47,791 bases of DNA from Octopus bimaculoides (taxonomy: Eukaryota), in NCBI RefSeq assembly GCF_001194135.2, contig NC_068981.1, positions 10,381,948 through 10,429,738 on the forward strand, in the 5' to 3' direction. Positions 1 through 12,530 of this stretch are shown here, one piece after another; the first letter of the stretch is position 1, and the number at the start of each line of letters is the position of its first letter. The notes beneath the pieces were generated by a model, which searched no databases, was not told where the DNA came from, and saw nothing but the letters and a program-made list of their open reading frames with translations. The position numbers and the translations under genes were made by a program.

Positions 1-439
1 ATGTTCTTCATTTCTATGTTGTATGCTTATGCATAAACGTATTGTTACGGGTTGGCGTTAACCACACGATTAGTTGGTAGTGAAATATGCTACATGCCAT
101 GTTCTGATTTATGAGGGGGTTTTTTTTGTGTTTGTCTTTTTGTCATTTAACTAAAATTTCTTTTATGAACTACATGTGTGTTTTGAGTGGTTTTACTGGT
201 AACACTTAAATATCAAAATCGTAGAGAAAAAAAACCCGAGAACAATACGAAGAACTATGGAAAGATACATTTTAGGAATTTAATCAAAAGTACAAACTTA
301 TCAATGAGCAAACGATAGTTACGTAACGTCAGAGAAAAATATTAATAAAAGAGTTATTCAGGACATATGGCATGAACAAATGATTATCATCTATCCACAT
401 TTTAGTGGACAGAATAACAGTTGAAAGTATCGAGAAGAC

Positions 440-3400
440 TACGGGGACGACGATGGTGGTGAGTAGGATTTAACGTAGAATTTTTTTGTTATCAGCCAAG
501 GTTTTCTCTTATCTCATTTTGTTTAGTATAGGCTGTTATGTGAACTGTATTATTATACCGTTAAATCCATAATAATTCTTTTCTACTCTAGACACAGGGC
601 CCGAAATTTTTTTTGGTGGGGGGTGGGGCGCAGTCGATTAGATCGAAATCTATTAACATTTCTACAATCAAAATAAAAACAAGTATTTCTATCAATGTTA
701 TAAAAATTGTGACTAGAGACATAATTTGAGACAAAGTGAATGCACACGCTACAATAAAATCGTCTGATATAACTAGGAACATACTGGGACCTGCTCAACA
801 AGTTTGTGTTAGGTTGCATAATCGAGGTTCCTTTTCCCTTTCCTTAATACTTTTATAATTAGCACACCTAACGTCCATTAGAACACATATTGGCTCCGTT
901 CGAAATGGTTAAAATTATTTAAGTAGGGCTTAAATATAAACAAATCATATGCAATCGGTACGATAAAGTCATATTCATTGTGTCGTGTATGGTAGAACGA
1001 ATTACTAGATTTTTAAACTGCCAAAAAAAATCCACGTGAGAATTTACATAGCAACATGGTTCTGGTATGACTGCAAGCAAAAATACCACCCTTGTTCTTA
1101 GATATAAACGTAAGATATAAGGGACCATGTACACACCACCTCACTATAAAACAAAAGATCGTCAACAAATACCCATCCATAGAGGCGGGTAGTGAATGTT
1201 TCCATAGTAATCAAGTCCCGTCGGAAACGAGTCCACTAAAGAACATTTCAATAAGTAACTTAATAACAGACGATATTAAAATAGCAGACGATAGAACAAT
1301 TCAAAATCAAATGAACACAGACAACTACAAACAACTCTCAATAAACCTACATAAAACACACATAGAGTTCATAAAAAAGGAAACTTTAATTGAATAACAG
1401 AAAAATCTCATAGATCAGAATACACACTTCACTACAAGCTAACAGTCTGACCGGTCCCAACCCAACACAATATGTTCATTCATAAATATATCCAACGGGG
1501 AAATGAATAATTGAAGGTTATGAATGCATGTGTGGATATGTATATAATGTGCGCGCGTCTGTCTGCTTTTGTGTGTGAGCTGATTACATTTAATTTAAGT
1601 GTCCTACGCTAAAACATGAAAAGCAAACTATATATATATATATATATATAAAAGAAAAAATAAAATAAAATGATGTAATACATATAAAAGAAAATATTAA
1701 AACAAATATAAAAATATATGACATTTCTCTTTGCTGTTATAAAAAAATATTTACAATTACAGATTTTAAATAAATGTAAAGTATTTTCTTACTGTTGTTG
1801 AAATTGAGTGGAAATAAGTTTCAGAAATGAGGTGTCTTGCTTTTTATACAGCATTTGCAGGTCAGTAGCTCTCTGTCCTTTTCACTCTCTGTTTCATTCT
1901 CTTTCTCTTTCTCTTTCTCTCCCTCTCCCTCTGTCTTTCTCTCTCTTACACTCTCTCACCCAACCTCTCTCCTTCACACAGTATCTGTTTCTTTCTTTCT
2001 TTCTTTCTTTATTCCTCTATTTTTATCTTTTTACATAATTATATACTTGTATCAAACGGGTATAGATTATACGAAGAATGTGTGTGTGTGCGTGTGTGCG
2101 CGTATGTGAGTCTTTGTGTGTGTGTGTGTGTGTTTGTAATTACTGATAATTTTGTGTTTACAATTCATTTTTTTTATATATATATATACTTATGAATATT
2201 CACATCTCTTCATCTCCATCTCGCTCTGTCTTCTCTCCCTGTGTCCCACGTATCTATCTTATCATAATTTCTTTATTTCTTTAGGATCCCTTTATCTCCC
2301 TTTATCTATATCCCTCCATTTCAATATCTCTCCTATTATCGCCCAACAATGCCATTTATCGTATCTATAGAACTTGCTACTCGTATCTGGATGTTTCAAC
2401 CGTTAGTATGTCTTGCACGGTTAAAACATTTCAATATCGCAAACTAAGTCTACCTAATTGTATTTATATACAACGTTGACTGCATTACCTGCACACGTAA
2501 AGAGAACCATACTAACTTAACAATTTACGATGTCAATAACAATGGTGCTCTCAAGCCAAGGTACACAACAGATGTAGTAGGACAGGTTAAAAAAGGCGAA
2601 AGTAAATTGTCCGAAAAAGAAAATGAAAGTAAATTACGATAAAAAGCGAAAGGGACAACAAGGCATCCCACAATTTCATGTGAACAATGTGTGTTGAACG
2701 TACGTATATTTAATATGGTTGGCACTCCGTCGCTTACGACGACGAGGGTTCCAGTTGATCCGATCAACGGAACAGCCTGCTCGTGAAATTAACGTGCAAG
2801 TGGCTGAGCACTCCACAGACATGTGTACCCTTAACATAGTTCTCGGGAGATATTCAGCGTGACACAGAGTGTTACAAAGCTGGTCCTTTGAATTACAGGC
2901 ACAACAGAAACAGGAAGAAAGAGTGAGAGAAAGTTGTGGCGAAAGAGTACAGCAGGGTTCGCCACCATCCCCTGCCGGAGCCTCGTGGAGCTTTAGGTGT
3001 TTTCGCTCAATAAACACTCACAACGACCGGTCTGGGAATCGAAACCGCGATCCTATGACCGCGAGTCCGCTGCCCTAACCACTGGGCCATTGCGCCTCCA
3101 CTACACATATTTGATATAATATGAAAACAGTACATATATTTTACATAAATGAAAGCAATCACACTTATGTGCACAGCGGTCATTGATGCACGAAATCAGA
3201 TTCGTAAATAGTTTTTCACGATCCTTAAATTTCTTTCGCTACGCATGCTCATAAAAATATGTAAATAAATCATAACTCGTAAATTTTTGTTTTTCTTGAC
3301 TTTCATCCATCGTCCTTCGGTTGTCTCATCATTTCCTATTGCAACTCACTTTCATTTTTTTTAGGACATTTTACTTTTACTTTTTTTACGACGATAAATT

Positions 3401-4000
3401 GCATGTTAATTCGGGAGTACGCTAGGTTTGTAAAAATAACTGGGCATTTAATGGAATTGATTTCTGATATAGGCACAAGACCTGAATTTGTTGGGGGGAG
3501 AGAACAATCGATCATGTTGGTTCCAGTCTTTCACTGCTACTTTATAAAAATGACCTCAAAAATGATGGCCTGGAAACAGCGAAATTTGGACATACTCTTT
3601 TACTCATTTACTTGTTTCAGTCATTTGACTGTGTCCATGCTGGAGCACCGCCTTTAACTCCTTGCTAGAGTGGGCCATGGTGTTCCATATATGACTGAGA
3701 TGTGAATCACGATGTAAACGACTTCACCAGGTGGTGCCACATGGACTGGGCCTATACTGTCCGAAACCTAAGTTATATATTTTGCAATATATTCTTCACA
3801 TGAAGTACGCCAACGCTGCCGAACATAATGAAGGGGTACGCCAACGCCACATGGACATGATGAAGAGGTACTCCAGATGAAATGATGTGATTGAACTTTA
3901 TCCTGTCCCTGAAATTTCTCTTTCGTATCCAGATTTTAAAGAGATGATTTTCATTTAGGTTGCAGATCAAACGCTTACAATGGTTATATTTGAGTCAACA
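440..4000. repeat. Left arm of an old inverted segmental duplication
   Basis: Collinear inverted matches by eye: ~480-1150 with ~9700-8955, ~2200-2570 with ~8300-7940, ~3420-3440 with ~7920-7900, ~3445-3595 with ~6645-6495, ~3780-3990 with ~6430-6225. Confidence 0.85.
2718..3102 (-). mobile_element. tRNA-headed SINE, family A (~385 bp, AAC tail)
   Basis: Minus strand reads agtggaggcgcaatggcccagtggttagggcagcggactcgcggtcataggatcgcggtttcgattccc (A/B boxes); near-identical to 4911-5299 and 46495-46879. Confidence 0.9.
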
Positions 4001-4069
4001 ATATTCTCTCAATCTACGAAAACTTGTTAAATTTGCCCGATTTGATATTTTCTAAATCACGTGATCAAC

Positions 4070-4316
4070 TGACTGACCAGGCTATCAGATGTTGTTACAC
4101 ATCGCTGGTCACAATGCGCTTTTGATTGTTTTAGACTTCAAATGACGCCACTCCGCAGGTTAAGCGAGCAGACCAATATTCCCTTCTGATTGAAGGGAAA
4201 ATGGAGCAATGTGAAATGAAGTGTCTTGCTCAAGAACACAACGCATCAGGAAATCGAATCCACGATCTGGCGATCGCGAAAGTTACAGTCTAACCACTAG
4301 GCCACGCGCCTTCACA
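4070..4316 (-). mobile_element. tRNA-headed SINE, family E (gtgttcttgagcaagacacttcatttcac core)
   Basis: Minus strand begins gtgaaggcgcgtggcctagtggttagac; related degenerate copies at ~8520-8707(-), 27555-27832(+) and ~29850-29990(-). Confidence 0.7.
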
Positions 4317-4910
4317 ATTCACTAAATGGGTTACATATATCATAACTTGATACAGTGTATATTGTGTTATGATATGCAAATTAGTAGCCCCACTTCTCTG
4401 TAGCTACTGGATTTATTAAATATACAAATAGGTTGGCTGCTTGCTTTTCCCTGGGACTGGTCATAATGATGTAAACACTTCTGAAGAGAACACAATAAGT
4501 TTCAAAAATAGATTAATGCTGTTCACCATTTTTTCGATTTACGGTGACAGTTAAATTTGCCCTGTTTGTATATTTACTATAAAGGTTATATATAATATAT
4601 ATATTGGTTACAATTAGTTTTATTATCAGAGTAGAGTGTGGTTCGCTGAAGAGATATTCTAATACTGCTATGTGCTTTTGTCCTCACTTGTTGACGATGA
4701 AAATCAAATCCACACAAATCTGCACTTGTATATTGTCCAAAAATTCCGGTCATTTCATCTAATTGGTGTTATCAGCATTGTTGGTTGTTATAAAATTTTA
4801 CCAGAACTACTGGAAGTTCTGTCTACTAATTATACGGATAATCTGAATTAATAGAAATTTCTCTACTCATTATATTACGTACATGATACCCTGACGTGTT
4901 TGCATCTTAT

Positions 4911-5299
4911 TGTTGTTGTTGGCACTCCATCGCTTACGACGTCGAGGGTTCCAGTTGATCCAATCAACGGAACATCTTGCTCATGAAATTAACGTGCATA
5001 TTGCTGAGCACTCCACAAACACGTGTACCCTTAACGTAGTTCTCGGGGATATTCAGCGTGACACAGTGTGACAAGGCTGACCCTTTGAATTACAGGCACA
5101 ACAGAAACAGGAAGCAAGAGTGAGAGAAAGTTGTGGTGAAAGAGTACAGCCGGGTTCGCCACCATCCCCTGCCGGAGCCTCGTGAAGCTTTAGATGTTTT
5201 CACTCAATAAACACTCACAACGCTCGGTCTGGGAATCGAAACCGCGATCCTATAACCGCGAGTCCGCTGCCCTAACCACTGAGCCATTGCGCCTCCACT
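4911..5299 (-). mobile_element. tRNA-headed SINE, family A, with TSD
   Basis: Same sequence family; TSD ttgcatcttat at 4900-4910 and 5299-5309; (AAC)n tail. Confidence 0.93.
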
Positions 5300-5639
5300 T
5301 GCATCTTATATGCACAGCTTATAACCAAAACAAATTTCTAATTATTGATGTCAGCGATGATAACGATGATGATATCGATGAGGGGAAACATGCATCTCGG
5401 AAAACAGAATTTTCTCTAAATCTGAAAGTATTTCAAGTGCTTAAGCTGATGATGAAGTAAATGAAATGCATAAATGTTCATTGGTTCCACAGGACAATAT
5501 TACTGACAATGGGACAAATCAACTTGTTTTCACACAATATAATAGAAGAAATATGTTTGTTAAGGAGTACAGTTTAAGAGATCTGAACAGTGAATCATTT
5601 CTACTTTATTCTGGACTGATGTGTAGCACTGGCAAATAA

Positions 5640-6180
5640 CGAGATAGCTTCGGGTTACTCTTGGAAAGTATTCATGTAAAGTAACAGTCTTACTTTTGCA
5701 AAATGGCCAAGAAACAAACAAGCCCACGAGACATACCAAAAGTTCTTGTCTTTAGCAAGAGATTACTGAAGGGGAAGCTTATTATGCGGAATTTAAAGAA
5801 CATAACTCGGTGTTGGATCAACTAAATACAGAAGGAGGAAACATCGCCGAAACCTAAATACTTTCAACATTTAAGAAGAATTTTTCCAGTTTCTTTGTCA
5901 TGTGGAAATTATTGAGATGAATGTTTCAAAGAAATTATCCGAAACACGACTTTCAGTTCAAAGTAGTAAGAATTCGAAGTACAATAAAACTGTCTCGAGG
6001 ATTTCAATCTGAGGTTGGAATCAGCAACAGAAGTTTCAATGGATTAAAATGCCAAAGTTACCCAGACTTGCCCCAAGGTCCACAAGTTAGGACAACAGCA
6101 TGTTTCAGTATTATTATAACCATTCAGCGAACTGTAGTCTACTTTGTTGATAAAACACCGAGCGATCATATTATACGGAG
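5640..6180 (+). pseudogene. Possible very old LINE endonuclease remnant
   Basis: Only short cues (NYPKHD resembling IPKHN; locally higher complexity and GC); many stops. Confidence 0.3.
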
Positions 6181-6785
6181 CATTTAGTCCCAAATTAATG
6201 TCGGTGTTTGATCAGCTTCAACAAATCGTAAGCATTTTTGTGGTCTATAGCCAAAACGTAAAGCAAATCTTTAAAACCTGGATATGAAAGGGAAGAGAAA
6301 TTTCGGAAACAGGGTATAAGCTCAATCACACTATTAGGTACCGTTCAAGGGTCTCTTAAACTTTTTCAACCGGGGTACTCTTTGATCATCTCAGGCAGTG
6401 TTGACGTACCCCATGTGAAGAATGCATTGTTACATGGTTGGATACATGAAGTAATCAACAGTCATTATTTATCGTTCATTGAATTTAATTTTAGGAGTTC
6501 AAATTCCGCTGTAGTCAGATCTGATTTCCATCATTCTGGGGTCGTTATAGCAGTGAAGAAGTAGGGTCGATGTAATCGATTGTTCCTCACGCGAGAATTC
6601 GGACTTTGTGTGCCTATGCAAGAAATCAATTTCATTAAATTTAATGTTACATATTTAATGACATGAACTAGTTTGGTGCTTTCTAGTGAGTAAATGAATT
6701 TTAGACACAGTTTTAGAGGGACGCACCAACATATCACCCTTAATTAAGAATCTGTCATGAATTTTATTTTCGTTATAACATTACT

Positions 6786-7787
6786 CTTTCTTTACTTGTT
6801 TCAGTCATTTGACTGCGGGCATGCTGGAGCACCGCCTTTAGTCGAGTAAATCGACCCCAGGACTTATTCTTTGTAAGCCTAGTAATTATTCTATCAGTCA
6901 CTTTTGCCGAACCGCTATGTTACGGGGACGTAAACACACCAGCATCGGTTGTCAAGCGAAGTTGGGGGGACAACCAGACACACAAACACACACNNNNNNN
7001 NNNNNNNNNNNNNNNNNNNNNNNNNNNNNNNNNNNNNNNNNNNNNNNNNNNNNNNNNNNNNNNNNNNNNNNNNNNNNNNNNNNNNNNNNNNNNNNNNNNN
7101 NNNNNNNNNNNNNNNNNNNNNNNNNNNNNNNNNNNNNNNNNNNNNNNNNNNNNNNNNNNNNNNNNNNNNNNNNNNNNNNNNNNNNNNNNNNNNNNNNNNN
7201 NNNNNNNNNNNNNNNNNNNNNNNNNNNNNNNNNNNNNNNNNNNNNNNNNNNNNNNNNNNNNNNNNNNNNNNNNNNNNNNNNNNNNNNNNNNNNNNNNNNN
7301 NNNNNNNNNNNNNNNNNNNNNNNNNNNNNNNNNNNNNNNNNNNNNNNNNNNNNNNNNNNNNNNNNNNNNNNNNNNNNNNNNNNNNNNNNNNNNNNNNNNN
7401 NNNNNNNNNNNNNNNNNNNNNNNNNNNNNNNNNNNNNNNNNNNNNNNNNNNNNNNNNNNNNNNNNNNNNNNNNNNNNNNNNNNNNNNNNNNNNNNNNNNN
7501 NNNNNNNNNNNNNNNNNNNNNNNNNNNNNNNNNNNNNNNNNNNNNNNNNNNNNNNNNNNNNNNNNNNNNNNNNNNNNNNNNNNNNNNNNNNNNNNNNNNN
7601 NNNNNNNNNNNNATATATATATATATATACGACTGGCATCTTTCAGTCTCCGTCTACCAAATCCACTCACAAGGCTTTGGTCGGCCTGAGGCCATAGTAG
7701 AAGACACTTGCCCAAGGTGCCACGCAGTGGGACTGAACCCAGAACCATGTGACTGGTAAGCAAGCTACTTACCACACAGCCACTCCT
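6786..7787 (-). mobile_element. Composite SINE, family C/D (tRNA/CORE-like head + microsatellite hinge + tail ending gaaacaagta); gap inside
   Basis: Head motif ggcaccttgggcaagtgtcttctact (CORE-like); tail ggtgctccagcatg...cagtcaaatgactgaaacaagta; the N-gap at 6994-7612 falls in the CA/TA hinge. Confidence 0.85.
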
Positions 7788-8703
7788 AAAACACTCCTCA
7801 TTCACATTGCTATGTAGGTGGAAACATCAAAAATTTCTCCGCACAATTTTCAGACGCACGAGTTACATTTATTTGGTTGTAATTACGTCAAATATCCAAT
7901 GTTTTTGCAAACCTAGCGAACCCCGCTCAGATTCTGTTGCGTACCTCGGTTTGGGAAAACCCCTGTAATTGACATTGTAATTGCTGCATTAATACGATTC
8001 TCCTCGCGTTTGCAGGTATTACAATTGCTGTCTATATAAATAAAATTATGCATACTGAATTTGTGAACCGTTTTAGCTATGCAAAACAAACTAAAGTTTG
8101 AACATTCAGATATCAGTAGCACATTCTATGGATACGAAAATGGCTTTATATTGCAATAGTGTGAGAGATATTGAAATGGATGGATAGAGATAAGAAGAGA
8201 TAAAGGGGTACTAAAGAAATAAAGAAATTATGATAAAACAGATAAGTGGGATACATGGAGAGAAAAGGACAGAGATAGAGATGAAGAGATAAAGAGAGTC
8301 ATAAATAAAGGAAAATATACGGATTAAGGAGTTAGGATGGGTTTAGATGTTACTATCGACACTTAACAAGTACTTTATTTTATCAACTCCGAGGAATACA
8401 AAGTAATGTTCACCTTGGGGCCGGGGAGGGGTTGAACTCAGAATGCAAAGAGCTGGAAGAAATTTCGCTGGCATTTCGATACTCTAACAATTCTGCTGAC
8501 CCAAATGATCCGTTAAGTGGAACAGCCTGTTCGTGAAATTCTCATGTAAGTTGCTGAACATTCTATAGAAACGCGTGCCCTTAACCTAGTTTTCAAGGAT
8601 ATTCAGTGTCACACAGAATGTGATGAGGTGGGCCCTTTGAAATATACGTACTACTAAATCTTTGCAAACTGGGCTAACTGGAGCAACGTGAAATAAATTG
8701 TCT

Positions 8704-9334
8704 TGCTACAATAAAATCGTCTTATATAACTAGGAACATACTGGAACATGCTCAACAAGTTTTTGTTGGGTTGCGCAATCGAGGTTCCTTTTCCCTTTCC
8801 TTAATACCATCTGCACACCTAACGTGACTGAGGGTTCTCCATATTGGCTCCGTCCGGAGCGGTTCAAATCATTGAAGTATTACCTAAATATAACCGAAGC
8901 ATATGCATCAGGTNNNNNNNNNNATGGATACTCAGAAACGCGCGCGCGAGCGTTTATAGACAGGTGACGTGTATATAGTTCCTTATATCTCACAGTTATA
9001 CCTCAGAACAGGGGTGGTATTTTTGCTTGAAGTCATCCCAGAACCATGGATTTTTTGTTTTGGCAATTTCAAAATCTAGTTATATGTTCTACCGTACACG
9101 ACACAACGAATATGACTTCATCGTACCTGATGCATATGCTTCGGTTATATTTAGGTAATACTTCAATGATTTGAACCGCTCCGGACGGAGCCAATATGGA
9201 GAACCCTCAGTCACGTTAGGTGTGCAGATGGTATTAAGGAAAGGGAAAAGGAACCTCGATTGCGCAACCCAACAAAAACTTGTTGAGCATGTTCCAGTAT
9301 GTTCCTAGTTATATAAGACGATTTTATTGTAGCA
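8704..9334. repeat. 210-bp exact inverted copy flanking a 10-N gap
   Basis: 8704-8913 equals the reverse complement of 9125-9334 with no mismatch seen. Confidence 0.9.
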
Positions 9335-9716
9335 TGTCCATTCACTTTATCTCAAATTATGTCTCTAGTTAACATTACTGTAACAGTGATAGAAAAACTT
9401 TTTTATTTCGATTGTAGAAATGTTAATAGATTTCTTTACATGTTCTTTACATGTGCAATGTCGTCTTTGATAACGTTGATGAAGTTGTTAGATTTTTAAA
9501 TGTATTCGTTTTTGGTCATAATATATCATACAAATACCTTTGGATGCTTTTCATTATTGCAATTTTAACTTTATAATATATTCCATATCATAATACTGTT
9601 CACCAAACAAAACTAGATCGAAAAACCTTAGTTAATAATACAATTATCCTACGTTGAATTGCACTTGGTCTCATTATCGTCCACATTCTCCTTTTTTCCT
9701 TTATCATCTATTGTCA

Positions 9717-9859
9717 ACCCAGATCACAAGGTTCAGGGTTCAATCTCACTGCGTAGAACCTTGGGCTACTGTCTTCTATTATAGCCTCGGACAGATCAAA
9801 GAATTATAAGTTTATTTGGAAGATAGAAACTGAAAGAATCCCTTCGTGTGTACGTGTGT

Positions 9860-9922
<63 letters not shown>
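9717..9922 (+). mobile_element. Family C/D SINE head running into (GT)n and a gap
   Basis: ggttcagggttcaatctcactgcgtagaaccttggg...ctattatagcctcgg...gaaactgaaagaa, then (GT)n. Confidence 0.7.
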
Positions 9923-10759
9923 NNNNNNNNNNNNNNNNNNNNNNNNNNNNNNNNNNNNNNNNNNNNNNNNNNNNNNNNNNNNNNNNNNNNNNNNNNNNNN
10001 NNNNNNNNNNNNNNNNNNNNNNNNNNNNNNNNNNNNNNNNNNNNNNNNNNNNNNNNNNNNNNNNNNNNNNNNNNNNNNNNNNNNNNNNNNNNNNNNNNNN
10101 NNNNNNNNNNNNNNNNNNNNNNNNNNNNNNNNNNNNNNNNNNNNNNNNNNNNNNNNNNNNNNNNNNNNNNNNNNNNNNNNNNNNNNNNNNNNNNNNNNNN
10201 NNNNNNNNNNNNNNNNNNNNNNNNNNNNNNNNNNNNNNNNNNNNNNNNNNNNNNNNNNNNNNNNNNNNNNNNNNNNNNNNNNNNNNNNNNNNNNNNNNNN
10301 NNNNNNNNNNNNNNNNNNNNNNNNNNNNNNNNNNNNNNNNNNNNNNNNNNNNNNNNNNNNNNNNNNNNNNNNNNNNNNNNNNNNNNNNNNNNNNNNNNNN
10401 NNNNNNNNNNNNNNNNNNNNNNNNNNNNNNNNNNNNNNNNNNNNNNNNNNNNNNNNNNNNNNNNNNNNNNNNNNNNNNNNNNNNNNNNNNNNNNNNNNNN
10501 NNNNNNNNNNNNNNNNNNNNNNNNNNNNNNNNNNNNNNNNNNNNNNNNNNNNNNNNNNNNNNNNNNNNNNNNNNNNNNNNNNNNNNNNNNNNNNNNNNNN
10601 NNNNNNNNNNNNNNNNNNNNNNNNNNNNNNNNNNNNNNNNNNNNNNNNNNNNNNNNNNNNNNNNNNNNNNNNNNNNNNNNNCAACAACAGCAAAAATAAA
10701 TACATTAACTTTGTACTGAAAAGTGAAGAAGACAATATCCTACGTGTCGGAAGCTAGTT

Positions 10760-11025
10760 CCTCAGAAAGCATGCTCTTCCTTATGGCCTCCCATACACCC
10801 CCAAATCAGCCGGACTAGCATACCTCAAAGAAGATCTGGTTGTGAAATGTTCAGCATACCAAAAAAAGAAAAAAAAAAACAATGCATGCGTATGTTTCTC
10901 GAAGACTTGAAGAAGACAGTAACATTCCATGCTTTGTGTTGGCCTCAGTTTCTTTTCCAACTTATTAGTCTCCGGCCATGTTTCTGCTCGGTAGAGCATC
11001 GATGGTTCTGATATATAGGTCAGAC
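10760..11025 (-). pseudogene. RTE LINE C-terminal fragment
   Basis: PSMLYRAETWPETNKLEKKLRPTQSME resembles the RTE motif PxMLYGAETWxLTKKxEEKLRVTQRxME. Confidence 0.7.
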
Positions 11026-11554
11026 TTACTATACATCATGCATAGTTGAATTTTATTTCGTGCTATAACTCTAACAAAACTAACCTGTAAACCCCGAATT
11101 GTTTAGGCTTTCTTTAACTGAGTTCATTTACCTCTTAGAAGTTATGCGAAATAGATACAGTCGTAAGTTGCTATTATAGTATCGTGGCTAACTTTTGTGG
11201 GCTTTTTGTTGCATAGTCGTTAGTTGTGGTACTTTTCTTCTTCAGAATAAGTTTAACTTCCACTGTTTTACCTTCACTGCACACGTCATTTTACATTTAT
11301 TCCAGTCCATGAGCAACAACAGTGGGGATTACATCGTTTGAGAAACATTAGTGACGAAAATATTCACCAATTACATTTATCCTTTTCAATTGCAGTTAAA
11401 CATTTTTTTTATATTAAAGGAAACCAGGAGCTTCTCGCAAAATGTTTTTTTTTTNNNNNNNNNNNNNNNNNNNNNNNNNNNNNNNNNNNNNNNNNNNNNN
11501 NNNNNNNNNNNNNNNNNNNNNNNNNNNNNNNNNNNNNNNNNNNNNNNNNNNNNN

Positions 11555-11596
11555 TAGGTGAACCACGATAGGTGAACCGTGACAGGTGAACCACGA
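11555..11596. repeat. 14-bp tandem repeat x3 next to a gap
   Basis: taggtgaaccacga / taggtgaaccgtga / caggtgaaccacga. Confidence 0.8.
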
Positions 11597-11815
11597 TATG
11601 GCGTGGGGCTGCTGTACTTCGTCCGCCTTTTTGTTCTGAGTTCAAATTCTGCCGAGGCTCACTTTTCCATTCAGTCTTTCGGAGTCGATAAAATAAGTAC
11701 CAGTTGAGCACTGGAGTCGACTAACCTCCTTCCCCCAAATTGCTGGCCTTGTGCCAAAATTTGAAACCATCATTTATTCCAGCTCTAAGGTTACAAGCTG
11801 TCAGAATTGTTAACA

Positions 11816-12045
11816 GGGCGGCGAGCTCAGAAACGTTAGCACGCGGGGCGAAATGCTTAGCGATATTTCGTCTGTCTTTCCGTTCTGAGTTCAAATTCCG
11901 CCGAGGTCGACTTTGCCTTTCATTCTTTCGGGGTCGATAAATTAAGTACCAGTTACGCACTAGGATCGATATAATCGACTTAATCCGTTTGTCTGTCCTT
12001 GTTTGTCCCCTCTGTGTGTAGCCCCTTGTGGGCAGCAAAGAGATT
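11816..12045 (+). mobile_element. SINE family B with 13-bp TSD, nested in an older family-B copy
   Basis: TSD agaattgttaaca at 11803-11815 and 12046-12058; body ttctgagttcaaattccgccgaggtcgactttgcctttcat...gtcgataaattaagtacc. The host copy continues to ~12240; another relative lies at ~11600-11770. Confidence 0.9.
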
Positions 12046-12285
12046 AGAATTGTTAACAAGGTGAGTAAAATGCATAATGGTCTGTCGTCTGATTTTACGT
12101 TCTGAGTTCAAATTCCACCAAGGTTCACTTTCCTTTTCAGCCTTTTGGGATCGATGAAATAAGGAGTAGTTGAACACTGGAATCGATGCAACCGATTATT
12201 CCCTCTCACAAAAATCCAGACCCTGTGTCTGTAGTAAGGAGGATTATTTAGTACGAGACTAGAAAAGTAGACCGAAGCTATTTAA

Positions 12286-12530
12286 CCCATTCGTGCCGAA
12301 ATTTTTTCTAGAGAATGAAATTGCCTGAAAATTCACAGATATTATTTTGACCTAAATAACAACTGGAAAAAAAATTTCATTGAAATCCGTTTGATACAGA
12401 CTGCATACTCGTTAAGAACATGTTACATTCTTTGATACAGATCATACACAAATCACAATTTGCATCAAGTATTTGTTTTATACCCTTATAAATTAAGGGT
12501 CAGTTTAAACGGGCGATCGGCATGAATGGG
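12286..12530. mobile_element. piggyBac-type non-autonomous element (MITE)
   Basis: TTAA|CCCATTCGTGCCGA ... TCGGCATGAATGGG|TTAA: TTAA TSD, CCC/GGG ends, 14-bp TIR with 1 mismatch. Confidence 0.88.

Larger units (their letters stand above)
6220..9710. repeat. Right arm of the same inverted duplication
   Basis: Reverse complement aligns block by block with 440-4000. It carries its own later insertions (SINE at 6786-7787, SINE remnants at 8355-8710). Confidence 0.85.

Noticed and set aside
588-782. Hydrophobic ORF as a Cys-loop/chemotactile or ionotropic receptor TM segment
   Set aside because: No Cys-loop, M1-M2 spacing or ligand-domain motifs fit; both arm copies have stops. Kept only as a weak pseudogene possibility.
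1092-1397. 101-aa ORF
   Set aside because: A-rich, no recognisable motif, no splice context and no counterpart visible in the other arm.
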